Notes: generated from the sequence alone by a model not told the origin. Counted from the first letter of the stretch, positions 1 to 13,484 are shown. The stretch is DNA of 64,000 nt from Patescibacteria group bacterium (GCA_038065955.1 JBBTPY010000006.1:7626-71625), one strand, 5' to 3'. Made by a program: numbers and translations.

Positions 1-1
1 G

Positions 2-229
2 GCAAAACAAGAGTTAAAATTATCAGCGGAAATAGGAATGCCGGAAATTCAAAATTTGGAGTTTTATAACGCCGAATTCGGCGGGCAGGTTGAAAGTTCC
101 GATTTCAGCGCAGTCGCAGGATTGCTTTTATGGGGGAGCGACGAGCATTCGGGCGAAAAAAATTGGACGATTTCAAAACAAGGATTAAAAGGATTAGTTT
201 TTAAAATGCTTAAATATTTTAAGCCGTAA
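2..229 (+). CDS. ftsA: Cell division protein FtsA, 3' end (partial)
   Basis: Open frame from window edge (AKQELKLSAEIGMP...FSAVAGLLLWG...) ending in an amphipathic tail (LKGLVFKMLKYFKP), directly upstream of ftsZ. Confidence 0.7.
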   Translation, partial: AKQELKLSAEIGMPEIQNLEFYNAEFGGQVESSDFSAVAGLLLWGSDEHSGEKNWTISKQGLKGLVFKMLKYFKP

Positions 230-248
230 ATGGTTTGGGTTAACAACT

Positions 249-1403
249 ATGGCGCAAAAAAAACGATTTAATAAATTAAAAAAACGTTCTTCGCCAAAGC
301 GTTCTTTGCCGTATTCTTTGGCTAAAATTAAAGTGGTTGGCATTGGCGGCGCCGGCGGCAACGCCGTTTCTCGGATGTTTGGAGTTTTTTCCCGGGGCGT
401 CGATTTAATCGCGATAAATACCGATATTCAAGATTTGGAATATTGCCAGGCGAAAAAGAAAATTTATATCGGCAAGAATGTTACCCGGGGTCTTGGAGCT
501 GGAATGAATCCTGATTTGGGGCGTCAGGCGGCCGAGGAAAGCCAAGCCGATATCGCGGAAGCGCTGGAGGGGGCGGATATGGTATTTCTTACCGCCGGAT
601 TCGGCGGCGGCACCGGTACCGGTGTTTTGCCGGTGGTGGCGGAAATTGCCAAAGATTTAGGGATTTTAACCGTGGCGATAGCGACCAAGCCGTTCGCTTT
701 TGAAGGTTATGAAAGGCAGAGGATTGCCGAAGAAGGCATAATAAAAACTAAAGATAAAGTTGACACTTTAATTATTGTGCCCAATGACCGGATTTTTTCC
801 GTTATTAATAAAAATACCACTTTAACAAAGGCTTTCGAAGCCGTTGATGAAGTGCTGAAAAATTCAGTGGCCGGCATTGCCGAACTGATAGCGGCGCCCG
901 GAATTATTAATATTGATTTTGCCGACGTTAAAACGATTATTCAGGATGCCGGTTCGGCGATTATCGGCATCGGTTCTTCTTTCGGCGCCGAGCGAGCGAT
1001 TAACGCCGTCAATATGGCTATTCATTCTCCGCTTCTGGAAATTTCCATAGAAGGGGCGAGAAAAGTGCTTTTTTCAGTTTCCGGCCATCGCGATTTAAAA
1101 ATGAGCGAAATTAACGATATTGCCCGAATGATTTCCGAAGCCGCGGACCATTCGGCAAAAATTATTTTTGGAGCTTATTATGATAAAAAACTTAGAAAAG
1201 GCGAATTAAAAGTGACCTTAATGGCGACCGGTTTTAACGGTTTATTAAATAAGGAAACGGCGCTTTTGCCGAATTTATTTTCCGCGGTGGCGGAAAAAAC
1301 GGTTTCTAAAACTGTTAATGATAAAAATAAAAAAGAAAAAGAAGAAAAAAACGACGATAATGCATGGGATATTCCGACATTTTTAAGAAAGAAAAGAAAA
1401 TAA
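249..1403 (+). CDS. ftsZ: Cell division protein FtsZ
   Basis: [15 protein letters not shown], tubulin signature [17 protein letters not shown]-terminal DIPTFLRK peptide. Confidence 0.98.
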   Translation: MAQKKRFNKLKKRSSPKRSLPYSLAKIKVVGIGGAGGNAVSRMFGVFSRGVDLIAINTDIQDLEYCQAKKKIYIGKNVTRGLGAGMNPDLGRQAAEESQADIAEALEGADMVFLTAGFGGGTGTGVLPVVAEIAKDLGILTVAIATKPFAFEGYERQRIAEEGIIKTKDKVDTLIIVPNDRIFSVINKNTTLTKAFEAVDEVLKNSVAGIAELIAAPGIINIDFADVKTIIQDAGSAIIGIGSSFGAERAINAVNMAIHSPLLEISIEGARKVLFSVSGHRDLKMSEINDIARMISEAADHSAKIIFGAYYDKKLRKGELKVTLMATGFNGLLNKETALLPNLFSAVAEKTVSKTVNDKNKKEKEEKNDDNAWDIPTFLRKKRK

Positions 1404-3692
1404 ATGGCCGAAATTAAAACATTTCAAAATAATAAATCGGTTTTGAACGATTATTTCAAAACAGTCAAAAAACGCGACGGACGGTTGGCGTTTTTTGACA
1501 AATCTTTTATTACTCGCGCCATTATGAAAGCGCTCGCGGCGACCGGCGAAGGCGGCGAAGAAGACGCTATTCGTATTTCCGACCAAACACTCATCGTTTT
1601 AAAGAAAAAATATCCTCAAGATTATATTTTAGAGATTGAAGAAATTCAGGATATTGTAGAAGAATCTTTAATTTTATTGGATTACGCCAAAACCGTTAAA
1701 GCCTATATTCTTTATCGGCAGAAAAGAGCCGAAGTTCGGACCGAGCGCAAAGAAGTTCCGGAAAAAATTAAAAAATTAGCCGAGGAAAGCAAGAAATATT
1801 TTCGGAATTCTCTGGGCGAATTCATTTATTATCGCACTTATTCCCGCTGGATTGAAGATGAAAATCGGCGTGAAACTTGGATTGAAACGGTTGCTCGATA
1901 TATTGATTTTATGAAAGAGAATCTTGATGATAAATTGACGGATGCCGAATATCAAGAAATAAAAGAAGCGATTTTGAATCAAAAAGTGATGCCCTCAATG
2001 CGTTTGTTATGGGGCGCCGGCAAGGCGGCGAGAAAAAACAATGTTTGCGCCTATAATTGTTCATATATCGCTCCGGCAAAAATCAAAGATTTCGCCGAAA
2101 TTATGTTTCTTTTAATGAACGGCGCCGGCGTCGGATTTTCCGTCGAGCACCAGACGACTCAATTATTTCCCCAGATTAAAAAACAAACAGGAAAGTTATT
2201 GCCGGTTTATGTGATTGAAGACAGTAAGGAGGGATGGGGAGACGCTTTGACCGCGGGATTAACCGTTTGGTTTGAAGGGGAAGACATCAATTTTGATTTT
2301 TCAAAAATTAGGCCGGTGGGAAGTCATTTGAAAACAATGGGCGGTAAAGCTTCCGGTCCCGAGCCGTTGAAAAATCTTTTGGAATTTTCTCGCCGGAAAA
2401 TTTTGGCGCGCCAGGGAAGGCGTCTTCGGCCGATTGACGTTCACGATATTATTTGTAAAATCGGCGAAGTGGTGGTGATGGGCGGCGTCAGGAGAAGCGC
2501 TTTGATTTCTTTGTCCGATTTGGACGACGAAGCGATGAGAGCGGCAAAAATGGGGCAGTTTTATTTGACGGAACCTCAGCGAAGTTTGGCTAATAATTCC
2601 GTCGCTTATGATGAAAAACCGACGGCCGACCAGTTTTTGGAAGAATGGCTGGCTCTCATTAAAAGCAACGCCGGCGAGCGGGGAATTTTTAATAGGGGAG
2701 GATTAAAAATTCAAGTGCCGGAACGGCGCTGGAAAATTTTAGAAAAAGACGCGGCCACGGTTGGCGCCAATCCTTGCGGCGAAATTTATTTAAAATCAAA
2801 AGAATTTTGCAATTTAACGGAAGTCGTTGCCAGGGCGGAAGATACCGAAGAAATCCTTTTGGAAAAAATTCGTCTTGCCGTTATTTTGGGCACTTATCAG
2901 TCGACATTTACCGATTTCCGCTATCTTTCCGAAGAATGGAAGAAAAATTGCGAAGAAGAACGGCTTTTAGGAGTTTCAATCACCGGACAATGGGATTGTC
3001 AGACATTGAGAAATGCGGAAGCTTTTTATAAATTAAAAGAAAAAGCCGTTGAGATTAACAGAATTTACGCTAAAAGATTTAATATTAATCCTTCGGCCGC
3101 CATTACTTGCGTGAAGCCGTCGGGAACGGTATCTCAGTTAGTGGACGCTTCTTCTGGTATGCATCCGCGGCACAGCCGTTATTATATCAGACGCGTAAGA
3201 ATCGCGGCGACAGACAATTTATTTCAAATGCTTAAAGAACAGCGGGTTTCTTATTATCCCGAAGTCGGCCAAAGCATGGATTCGGCTTCAACTTATGTTC
3301 TGGAATTTCCGGTCAAGGCTCCGGCCGGTTCAATTTTTAGAAACGATATGAGCGCTATTGAACAGCTGGAATATTGGAAGTTGGTGAAAAATAATTATAC
3401 GGAGCATAATCCTTCAGTAACGATTTCGGTCGGCAAGGACGAATGGGTTAAAGTCGGAAATTGGGTTTACGAGAATTGGGATATTGTCGGAGGGTTGTCT
3501 TTTTTGCCGCGCGAAGACGAAGACCATGTTTATAAGCTCGCTCCTTATGAGGAAATAAGTGAAGAAAAATACAATGAAATGGTAACGGCTTTTCCGGAAA
3601 TCGATTTTTCCCAAATCATCGCTTATGAATGGGAAGATGAAACTCAGGGCGCCAAAGAACTGGCTTGCGTTTCGGGAGTTTGTGAAATTTAA
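1404..3692 (+). CDS. nrdJ: Class II (adenosylcobalamin-dependent) ribonucleotide reductase with N-terminal ATP-cone
   Basis: VKKRDG ATP-cone; YYRTYSR, PSMR, YNC, GGVRRSA, NPCGEI, EFCNL, CVKPSGTVSQL; C-terminal CVSGVC. Confidence 0.93.
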   Translation: MAEIKTFQNNKSVLNDYFKTVKKRDGRLAFFDKSFITRAIMKALAATGEGGEEDAIRISDQTLIVLKKKYPQDYILEIEEIQDIVEESLILLDYAKTVKAYILYRQKRAEVRTERKEVPEKIKKLAEESKKYFRNSLGEFIYYRTYSRWIEDENRRETWIETVARYIDFMKENLDDKLTDAEYQEIKEAILNQKVMPSMRLLWGAGKAARKNNVCAYNCSYIAPAKIKDFAEIMFLLMNGAGVGFSVEHQTTQLFPQIKKQTGKLLPVYVIEDSKEGWGDALTAGLTVWFEGEDINFDFSKIRPVGSHLKTMGGKASGPEPLKNLLEFSRRKILARQGRRLRPIDVHDIICKIGEVVVMGGVRRSALISLSDLDDEAMRAAKMGQFYLTEPQRSLANNSVAYDEKPTADQFLEEWLALIKSNAGERGIFNRGGLKIQVPERRWKILEKDAATVGANPCGEIYLKSKEFCNLTEVVARAEDTEEILLEKIRLAVILGTYQSTFTDFRYLSEEWKKNCEEERLLGVSITGQWDCQTLRNAEAFYKLKEKAVEINRIYAKRFNINPSAAITCVKPSGTVSQLVDASSGMHPRHSRYYIRRVRIAATDNLFQMLKEQRVSYYPEVGQSMDSASTYVLEFPVKAPAGSIFRNDMSAIEQLEYWKLVKNNYTEHNPSVTISVGKDEWVKVGNWVYENWDIVGGLSFLPREDEDHVYKLAPYEEISEEKYNEMVTAFPEIDFSQIIAYEWEDETQGAKELACVSGVCEI

Positions 3693-3700
3693 AAGTTTAT

Positions 3701-5413
3701 ATGCTTCAAATTCCTTCTCAAAAATTAAAAGATCTTTTAATAAGCGAGGGGTTGGTTGTTTCTTCTGATTTTGAAGCTTTATCGGAAGAAGCTCGGCGGT
3801 TGGGGCAAAATCTTGGCGAACTTTTAATTTCGCGCGGCATTGTTACATTGGATTATTTATATGGAGTCATCGCTAAATATTTTGGAGTTGAAAGAGTCGA
3901 TTTTATCAATCGGAAAATAAATGAAGAAGTTTTCGGCCGTCTTTCGGAGAATTTAGCCAGGCAAAAAAGAGTAATTATTTTTGACAAAGATTCAACGGGC
4001 GTTGTTTGCGCGGCCATGGAAGACCCGAGCGACCTTAACACGATTGAATTTCTGCAGAAACATTTAGGGGTAAGGATTAAACCGTTTTTGGCCGCTCCCG
4101 AAGACCTAAATAAAGGTTTTTCGTTTTATGGCCGTCATTTCGCCGAAGATTTTAAAAAAATTATTGAAGAAAACATCGCGGCTTCATTGCGCCAAAAAAT
4201 ATCGCAAACCGTTGAAGAAGCGGCGGCCGCGGTTCCCATCATCGCCATTATTGACGGATTTTTTTCTTATGCCGCTTCACTGAGGGCTTCGGATATTCAT
4301 ATAGAAATTTTTGAAGACGGAATTCTCGTCAGATTCAGGATAGACGGCATTTTGCATGAAATTATGAGAATTCCCAAAGAAGTGCATCCGGCTATCATCG
4401 CTCGGTTGAAAATATTGGCCGGTTTGAAAATTGACGAACATCAAAAGCCGCAGGACGGCCGTTTTCGTTATAAAATCGGTTCCGATTTGATTGATGTTCG
4501 GGTTTCAATAATTCCGACTTTTTACGGTGAAAAAATCGAAACGCGGCTTTTGCCGTCAACGCAAAAACCATTGTCTTTAAAAGATTTAGGGATAATGGAA
4601 AATAGCGAGCTTATTATCAGGGAAAACATTAAAAAATCTTATGGAATGATTTTAATTACCGGTCCGACCGGTTCGGGTAAAACCACTACGCTTTATTCAT
4701 TGCTTAATATTTTAAACAAACCGGAAGTAAATATTGTCACCGTTGAAGATCCGATTGAATATGATATGAAATATATCAATCAGGTTCAGATTAATCCTTT
4801 AGCCGGGATTACTTTTTCCGCCGGTCTCCGTTCTATTTTGCGCCAGGACCCTAATATTATTATGGTAGGCGAAATTCGCGATAATGAGACGGCGGAAATT
4901 TCGGTGCACGCGGCTTTAACCGGCCATCTCGTGATTTCAACTCTTCATACTAATGACGCGCCCACGGCAGTGCCTCGATTAATCGATATGAAAATCGCTC
5001 CTTTTTTGGCGGCCGCGGTTTTAAATATGATAATGGCTCAGCGGTTAGTAAGAAAAATTTGTCTCAATTGTATTGAGTCTTTTTCGCCGTCTTCCGATTT
5101 AATAGAATCAATAAAAAGACAATTAAAAGATTTGCATTTAATCGCCGATTTTAAGGCGCCTAAGATTTTATATAAGGGCAGGGGTTGTTCGAGTTGTAAT
5201 CATACCGGTTATAGCGGACGAATCGGCATTTATGAAATATTAAATATTGACGATGATATAAGAAAAGAAATTATTAATTCCGAGTTTTCTCTTAATAATT
5301 TGATTAAATTAGCCAAACAAAGAGGGATGATTACGATGTTTGAGGACGGCTTAAAAAAATCCGAATTAGGGATGACGACTATAGAGGAAGTATTAAGAGT
5401 TATTAGAGAATAA
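3701..5413 (+). CDS. pilB: Type IV pilus assembly ATPase PilB/GspE
   Basis: ASDIHIE, GPTGSGKTTT, TVEDPIEY, LRQDPNIIMVGEIRD, TGHLV-STLHTN, CxxC zinc pairs. Confidence 0.92.
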   Translation: MLQIPSQKLKDLLISEGLVVSSDFEALSEEARRLGQNLGELLISRGIVTLDYLYGVIAKYFGVERVDFINRKINEEVFGRLSENLARQKRVIIFDKDSTGVVCAAMEDPSDLNTIEFLQKHLGVRIKPFLAAPEDLNKGFSFYGRHFAEDFKKIIEENIAASLRQKISQTVEEAAAAVPIIAIIDGFFSYAASLRASDIHIEIFEDGILVRFRIDGILHEIMRIPKEVHPAIIARLKILAGLKIDEHQKPQDGRFRYKIGSDLIDVRVSIIPTFYGEKIETRLLPSTQKPLSLKDLGIMENSELIIRENIKKSYGMILITGPTGSGKTTTLYSLLNILNKPEVNIVTVEDPIEYDMKYINQVQINPLAGITFSAGLRSILRQDPNIIMVGEIRDNETAEISVHAALTGHLVISTLHTNDAPTAVPRLIDMKIAPFLAAAVLNMIMAQRLVRKICLNCIESFSPSSDLIESIKRQLKDLHLIADFKAPKILYKGRGCSSCNHTGYSGRIGIYEILNIDDDIRKEIINSEFSLNNLIKLAKQRGMITMFEDGLKKSELGMTTIEEVLRVIRE

Positions 5414-5417
5414 ATTT

Positions 5418-6629
5418 ATGCGTTTTCACTATTTAGCTTCAAAACTTGATAACGCGGCGGTTGAAGGGGAGATAGAGGGAGAGAGTTTAACTGATGTTTT
5501 AAAATATCTGGCAAGAGAAGGATTAAGACCCGTTTCGATTAAGTCGCTTAAAGAGATTAAAAAAATTGGCCGATTTAATATTTTCGGTAAAGGAATTACC
5601 GTAACCGATAAGGTTTTTTTGACGAAATATTTGTCGTTAATGATCAGGACGGGAACCGATTTATTCAAGGCCATTGATATTTTAATCGGTGATTTTGATA
5701 AAGCGGACGTCAAGGCCCTGCTTATGGAAATTCGTTATGGATTAGAAAAGGGCCAGCCGTTTTATTCTGTTTTCGCCAAATACCCGAAATTTTTTTCTCC
5801 GGTTTTCATTAATTTGATTAAGGCCGGCGAGGCCTCGGGAAACTTGGAACAAGTTCTTACGCGATTAAGCATTTCCCTGCAGAAAGAGGCCGACCTTCGT
5901 CATAAAATCAAAGCCGCCCTCACTTATCCGATTATTTTATTAATTGCTTCTTCGGCTATTCTTTTTATATTGGTCGGTTTTGCTTTGCCGAAAATCGCCG
6001 ATGTTTTTAGTTCTACCGGTTTTGAGCCGCCTCTTTTTTCAAAAATCGTTTTTTTAGTCGGTATTTTTATCGGTAATCATTTTTTAATTATTTTTGGCGG
6101 ATTGCTGATTTTAATTTTTTCTTTATGGTATTTTCTTGCCAGGACTATAATCGGCCGGCAATTTTTTTACCAATTAATCATTAAAGTTCCGGCAGTCGGA
6201 GATGTTTTAAAAAAAATCGCTCTTCAGCGTTTTGCCGGAACTTTTTCGGCTTTGCTGTCGGCCGGAATGCCTATTTTGGATTCTTTGGAAATTACGGCCG
6301 ATACGGTCGGCTTCGGAGAATTAAGAAGAAGTTTATTAAGGATTTCCAAGGAAGGAATTGCCAAAGGGTTGACAATCGGCGACGCTTTTCGCCGCGAGCC
6401 GGTTTTTCCGCGGACGGTAACCAATTTGGTGGCGGTTTCCGAGAAAGCCGGTCATTTGGAAAAAATTTTGGAAACATTGTCGGAATTTTACGAATCGGAA
6501 ATTGAATCTTCGATTAAATCGCTGTTTTCTTTTTTGGAACCGGTTATGCTTTTGATAATCGGCGCAATTATCGCGGTAATCGCTTTATCAACGATTATAC
6601 CGATTTATCAGCTGATGGGGGAGTTTTAA
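5418..6629 (+). CDS. pilC: Type IV pilus platform protein PilC/GspF
   Basis: Two T2SSF repeats (GEASGNL, SEKAGHL), ALTYP, LEP, three TM segments; follows pilB. Confidence 0.92.
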   Translation: MRFHYLASKLDNAAVEGEIEGESLTDVLKYLAREGLRPVSIKSLKEIKKIGRFNIFGKGITVTDKVFLTKYLSLMIRTGTDLFKAIDILIGDFDKADVKALLMEIRYGLEKGQPFYSVFAKYPKFFSPVFINLIKAGEASGNLEQVLTRLSISLQKEADLRHKIKAALTYPIILLIASSAILFILVGFALPKIADVFSSTGFEPPLFSKIVFLVGIFIGNHFLIIFGGLLILIFSLWYFLARTIIGRQFFYQLIIKVPAVGDVLKKIALQRFAGTFSALLSAGMPILDSLEITADTVGFGELRRSLLRISKEGIAKGLTIGDAFRREPVFPRTVTNLVAVSEKAGHLEKILETLSEFYESEIESSIKSLFSFLEPVMLLIIGAIIAVIALSTIIPIYQLMGEF

Positions 6630-6631
6630 TA

Positions 6632-7093
6632 ATGAAAGCATTTACCTTAATTGAACTTTTAATAGTAGTTGCCATTATGGCGATTTTAGCCGCCGTCGGT
6701 TCAGTTAATCTTTTTAATTTTCGCGCTCAAAATAATTTGAATTTAACGGTCAATGAAATTATTTCTCTTTTAAGAAATGCCCAAAATCGTTCAATTACTC
6801 AGGAAAACGGCAGTAATTGGGGCGTTCATCTTGAAAATCCGTCAAATCAAGACGATTTTTACGCTTTATTTCAAGGCGCCGTTTATTCTTCGGGCAATAC
6901 GGTTTTAAGAGCAAATTTGCGGCCGACGGTCCAATTTAACGACCCGTCAAGCGGCGCGAGCAAGGACATTATTTTTAATTCAATCAGCGGTTTGCCGTTC
7001 GCTTCTACGACTGTTATAATATCTTTAAAAAGCGATTCTTCTAAAATAAAAACTATCACCGTCAATGCTAATGGCAGAATACAACAATATTAA
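6632..7093 (+). CDS. Type IV prepilin (minor pilin, FimT/GspH-like)
   Basis: Class III signal KA|FTLIELLIVVAIMAILAA. Confidence 0.85.
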   Translation: MKAFTLIELLIVVAIMAILAAVGSVNLFNFRAQNNLNLTVNEIISLLRNAQNRSITQENGSNWGVHLENPSNQDDFYALFQGAVYSSGNTVLRANLRPTVQFNDPSSGASKDIIFNSISGLPFASTTVIISLKSDSSKIKTITVNANGRIQQY

Positions 7094-7709
7094 AGGCCAA
7101 TCGCTTGTGGAAATAATAATTGCTATGGCCATCGGGACGATTTTAATCGGCGCTTCGGTTGGTTCCATTGTTTTGCTTTTAAAATATAATTTAAACACGA
7201 AAACGGTTCAAATTGCGTCTTCTTTGAATAGGCAAATGATGGACGATATCCGCTCAATATCAGAATCCGATTGGCTTAATATTTACAATAAAAATAAAGG
7301 AGTAAGTAATCAATATTACATTTCCAGTTCCACGCGGCAGATTGTTTCCGGCGCGGAATCTTTAATTATTGAAGGAAGGCAGTTCAGCCGTTATTTTTAT
7401 ATTGAAAACGTTTCCCGCGACGCCGGCAATAATATTGAAGTTATTTATAATTCGGTTAATGATGACCCTTCTACCCAAAAAATTGCGGTAATTGTTCAAT
7501 GGGGCGGCGGAGGGAATATTAAAGAAGTTCAGTATTTAACCCGTTTTCGCAATGCGGTTTTTGTCCAGACCGATTGGTCGGGCGGATTTAACCAAGAGAT
7601 ATTTGCCACTACAAGCGCCGGAACGATTATTAATGGCAAATTCGCCACTTCATCGTCCAATATTGATTTTTCTTCAACACCCGGGTCAATTAGATTAATT
7701 TTGCCGTAA
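7065..7709 (+). CDS. Prepilin-like protein with C-terminal QTDWSGG segment
   Basis: KG|QSLVEIIIAMAI prepilin motif; in pilus operon. Confidence 0.8.
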   Translation: MLMAEYNNIKGQSLVEIIIAMAIGTILIGASVGSIVLLLKYNLNTKTVQIASSLNRQMMDDIRSISESDWLNIYNKNKGVSNQYYISSSTRQIVSGAESLIIEGRQFSRYFYIENVSRDAGNNIEVIYNSVNDDPSTQKIAVIVQWGGGGNIKEVQYLTRFRNAVFVQTDWSGGFNQEIFATTSAGTIINGKFATSSSNIDFSSTPGSIRLILP

Positions 7710-7717
7710 GAAAATAT

Positions 7718-8554
7718 ATGATTAAGCTTAAAAAATTAAAAATTTTAATCGTCACTTTTTGTTTTTTATTTTTAATTTCAAATTTTATTTATGCGGCCGT
7801 TATTGATCCGATCGATCGCTGGGCTTGGAATGACATAATCGGCTGGATTGATTTTGGTTATCCGGCCGGTAATGTTAATGTTTATAGCAATCGTTTAGAA
7901 GGATATGCAAGTTCGTCGGTTGGTTTTATCGCTTTGAATTGTAATTCCACGCCTAATGGCAATATTTGCGGCGCGAGCGATTTTAAAGTTTCAAATGACG
8001 GCGCCGGCAATCTTTCGGGCTGGGCTTATAATGACAATATCGGCTGGATAAGTTTTGCTTCCACTACGCCGGTTGTTTATTCAGTTTCCATTGATTCGGG
8101 CGGCGATTTTCACGGCTGGGCTTGGAACGATATTATCGGCTGGATCAGTTTTAATTCTGCGGAAGGAGGAGGGAGCGTTAATTATAAAGTGAAAACTCTT
8201 TGGTCGGCGCAGGCGGCGACCGGCACTTTAACTTCCAGCGTTTTTGACGCTCAAGTTGCCGGCGGCGTGGCTATTAACACGATTATGTGGCAGGGGAGCA
8301 GAAACGGCGGAGCGGTGAAATTTCAGATCGCTTCTTCAAATAATTCCGCCGGTCCCTGGACTTACTACGGTCCCAATAACACGTCGCTTGACAACGACGT
8401 TTATTCTCCAACAGATTCAAATGCGCCTATTGAAATAAATCCGATTCAGCATAATAATAAAAGATATGTTCGTTATAAAGCGATTTTAGAATCCAATTTG
8501 GCGCAGACTCAAAGTCCGACAGTTAATGATATAATAATAAATTGGAGCCCGTAA
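7718..8554 (+). CDS. Secreted Trp-repeat beta protein, candidate pilus-associated adhesin
   Basis: Signal peptide; four repeats of the G(W/Y)A(W/Y)NDxIGWIxF type; beta-rich C-terminal domain. Confidence 0.75.
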   Translation: MIKLKKLKILIVTFCFLFLISNFIYAAVIDPIDRWAWNDIIGWIDFGYPAGNVNVYSNRLEGYASSSVGFIALNCNSTPNGNICGASDFKVSNDGAGNLSGWAYNDNIGWISFASTTPVVYSVSIDSGGDFHGWAWNDIIGWISFNSAEGGGSVNYKVKTLWSAQAATGTLTSSVFDAQVAGGVAINTIMWQGSRNGGAVKFQIASSNNSAGPWTYYGPNNTSLDNDVYSPTDSNAPIEINPIQHNNKRYVRYKAILESNLAQTQSPTVNDIIINWSP

Positions 8555-8563
8555 TTATTTAAT

Positions 8564-8971
8564 ATGTCAAAATTAAACAAAATTTTATTATTTTTTGTCT
8601 TTATATTATTAATGGCCCTGGGAGTCGTTTTATATTGGCAGAAAATCGGTTTTGAAAAACCTTATTACGCGGTTTATTTAAATACCGGCGACCTTTATTT
8701 CGGCAGATTAAATTATTTTTCAAATTCGTCCTTAAGCGATGTTTATTATATCCAAAGAAATCCGGAAGACCGGCAGAATCCTTTAAGTATTTCAAAATTT
8801 GAGAATTCTTTTTGGAAACCGGAAGGGAAGATTTATATCAACGATGATATGATTGTCTGGAAAGTCAGGTTAAAAAAAGACAGCGAGCTGTTGAATTATA
8901 TTAAAAATCCGCAGGCATTTCAGCAATTTCAACCCCAGCAACAGTCTCAATCAACTTCATCTCGGCAATGA
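8564..8971 (+). CDS. Membrane-anchored hypothetical protein (YYAVYLNTGDLYFG family)
   Basis: N-terminal TM, conserved-looking AVYLxxGxxYFG motif, operon position. Confidence 0.7.
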   Translation: MSKLNKILLFFVFILLMALGVVLYWQKIGFEKPYYAVYLNTGDLYFGRLNYFSNSSLSDVYYIQRNPEDRQNPLSISKFENSFWKPEGKIYINDDMIVWKVRLKKDSELLNYIKNPQAFQQFQPQQQSQSTSSRQ

Positions 8972-9402
8972 AATTATTAGATATTTTACGCAATTTATTT
9001 GATTTAAGAGGCATCGTGGCTTTGCCGACAATTCTTATAATAGGCGGGATAATAGTTGAAATCGGGTTAGCCGGCATTTTAGTCGCCTATTTGGTTTCTC
9101 AGAGCGGATTCGGCGTTAAAATGTCTGCCGAGGCCATGGCGGCGGCGCAAGCCGGAGTAAACGATGCTATAATGAAAGTGGTTAGAGATAAAAATTTTTT
9201 CACCGGCGCTTCAACGACATTGGCTGTCGGCGACCGTTCGGCTGAAGTGTCGGTCATAAGAGACAATCCTTCAATCGGCAAAAGCGCGGTTTTTTCCATA
9301 GGTACAGCTTTTAATAAAAAGAGAAAATTAAAGGCGCTCTTGAATGTTAATAGTATTACCGGAGAAGTTAAAATAGAATCCATAGAAGAAATGCCGTTAT
9401 AA
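8968..9402 (+). CDS. PilX-like minor pilin
   Basis: RG|IVALPTIL hydrophobic N-terminus, AMAAAQAGVNDA motif. Confidence 0.6.
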   Translation: MKLLDILRNLFDLRGIVALPTILIIGGIIVEIGLAGILVAYLVSQSGFGVKMSAEAMAAAQAGVNDAIMKVVRDKNFFTGASTTLAVGDRSAEVSVIRDNPSIGKSAVFSIGTAFNKKRKLKALLNVNSITGEVKIESIEEMPL

Positions 9403-9415
9403 ATAAATAGATAAT

Positions 9416-10909
9416 ATGAATTTTAAACGAATATTAAATATTTTAAATCCGCCGCTTCAAATCGGCGGTTTAGAAATTACGGATTTTGAATTAAGGTTCG
9501 TCGGTTTTAAAGGCGGCGCGCCTTTTTCAATTTCTTTAAAACTTGAGCCCGGGATTATTAAAGAAGGAGAAATTAAAAATACTGAAGCCTTTTTGAATAT
9601 TCTTTCTAAATTGCGTTTGGAAATAACTGGCGGCCGAAAGAAAAAAGTTTTCGCGGTCGTAATTATCCCGGACAATAATGTCTATGTTCAATCGTTTTAT
9701 TTGCCCGATGTTTCGGGCGAACGCCTTGAAGAAGCGGCCGAATTAAATTTACAGATGATTTCGCCGATAGAATATGGCGGCGCTTATTCCGATTGGCAGT
9801 TGGCGAACGGCGGCGAAAACGGCCGGTTGGAAGCGTTGGGAGTTTTTGCGCATAAAAAATTTATTGATGAAATAAATAAATTTTTAAAGCAAGCAGATTT
9901 TATGCCGGCGGCGATTGAATTTTCCGGCCTTTCTTTGGTTCGGTTGGCCGAGAATTCCGGCGCGGGCATTGACGTTTCAAAGCCTTATCTTTTGCTTCAT
10001 GTCGGCGGCAATGGTTTGAGTTTTAATCTTGTTAAAAATGGCAATCTTTATTTTAACCATTTTGTTTCCTGGCAGTCGGTTTATGAAGACAAGCGGGAAG
10101 TGCCCTTTGAGTCTTTTAAAAAATTAATTATTGAGGAAGTGAGGCGGATTTTGAATTTTTACGCCGCTCATTGGGACGGCCAGCTTGAAAACGCCGTTTT
10201 GGCGGCTCCCGGTTTGGTTGACGACATCGTTAAAGTCATTTCTGAAAATTTTGCTTTTAAAATTCAACCGCTTTCGCTTAAAAATTTTACGGATGTTTCG
10301 GCGGCTTGGTTTCCGGCTTTGGGAGCGGCATTTCGCGGTTTAATTCCGCGATCGCAGGATAATTTTATCGGCCTAAGGAAAGACGAGATTGAAAAAGAAT
10401 TTTACTTTGAAAAAGTAATCAGATTTATAAAAATATGGCGCAATGTCGTTTTAATGGCGTTTGCGGCGATGATTTTAATTTTCGGCGCCGCCGATTTGTT
10501 TTTAAAAAACACACTTAATTCTTTAAGCGCCCAAGCGGACGGTTTCAAAAATCGCGATGAAGTCAAATTGGTTGAATTGGAAAAATTTCAGAACCAAACC
10601 GGAGAAATCAATAAAAAAATAGATTTGGCGGTAAAATCTTATGGTGAGCGGCTGAGATGGTCTTTATTTTTGGAAAAAATTCGAGATTTGGCCGGCGCGG
10701 ATATTGTTATAGAAAAGATATTTATTCAATCGCCGGAGATGCCGGTTATTGTGAATGGGCTGGCGCCAGCCGAAAACGCCGCTTTGGATTTTAAAAAAAG
10801 GCTTATTGAAAGCGGATATTTCAATAATGTTGACCTTCCTGTTGATAAAATTATTCAAGCCGCCGGCGGCGTTAATTTTACGATCAATTTTATTCTTAAA
10901 AGTTTATAA
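9416..10909 (+). CDS. PilM-like domain fused to TM and PilN-like domain
   Basis: GGLEITD actin-like start, LLLHVGGN, PALGAAFRG; TM near aa 345; C-terminal ferredoxin-like PilN segment. Confidence 0.68.
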   Translation: MNFKRILNILNPPLQIGGLEITDFELRFVGFKGGAPFSISLKLEPGIIKEGEIKNTEAFLNILSKLRLEITGGRKKKVFAVVIIPDNNVYVQSFYLPDVSGERLEEAAELNLQMISPIEYGGAYSDWQLANGGENGRLEALGVFAHKKFIDEINKFLKQADFMPAAIEFSGLSLVRLAENSGAGIDVSKPYLLLHVGGNGLSFNLVKNGNLYFNHFVSWQSVYEDKREVPFESFKKLIIEEVRRILNFYAAHWDGQLENAVLAAPGLVDDIVKVISENFAFKIQPLSLKNFTDVSAAWFPALGAAFRGLIPRSQDNFIGLRKDEIEKEFYFEKVIRFIKIWRNVVLMAFAAMILIFGAADLFLKNTLNSLSAQADGFKNRDEVKLVELEKFQNQTGEINKKIDLAVKSYGERLRWSLFLEKIRDLAGADIVIEKIFIQSPEMPVIVNGLAPAENAALDFKKRLIESGYFNNVDLPVDKIIQAAGGVNFTINFILKSL

Positions 10910-13477
<2,568 letters not shown>

Positions 13478-13484
13478 ATTTTTT

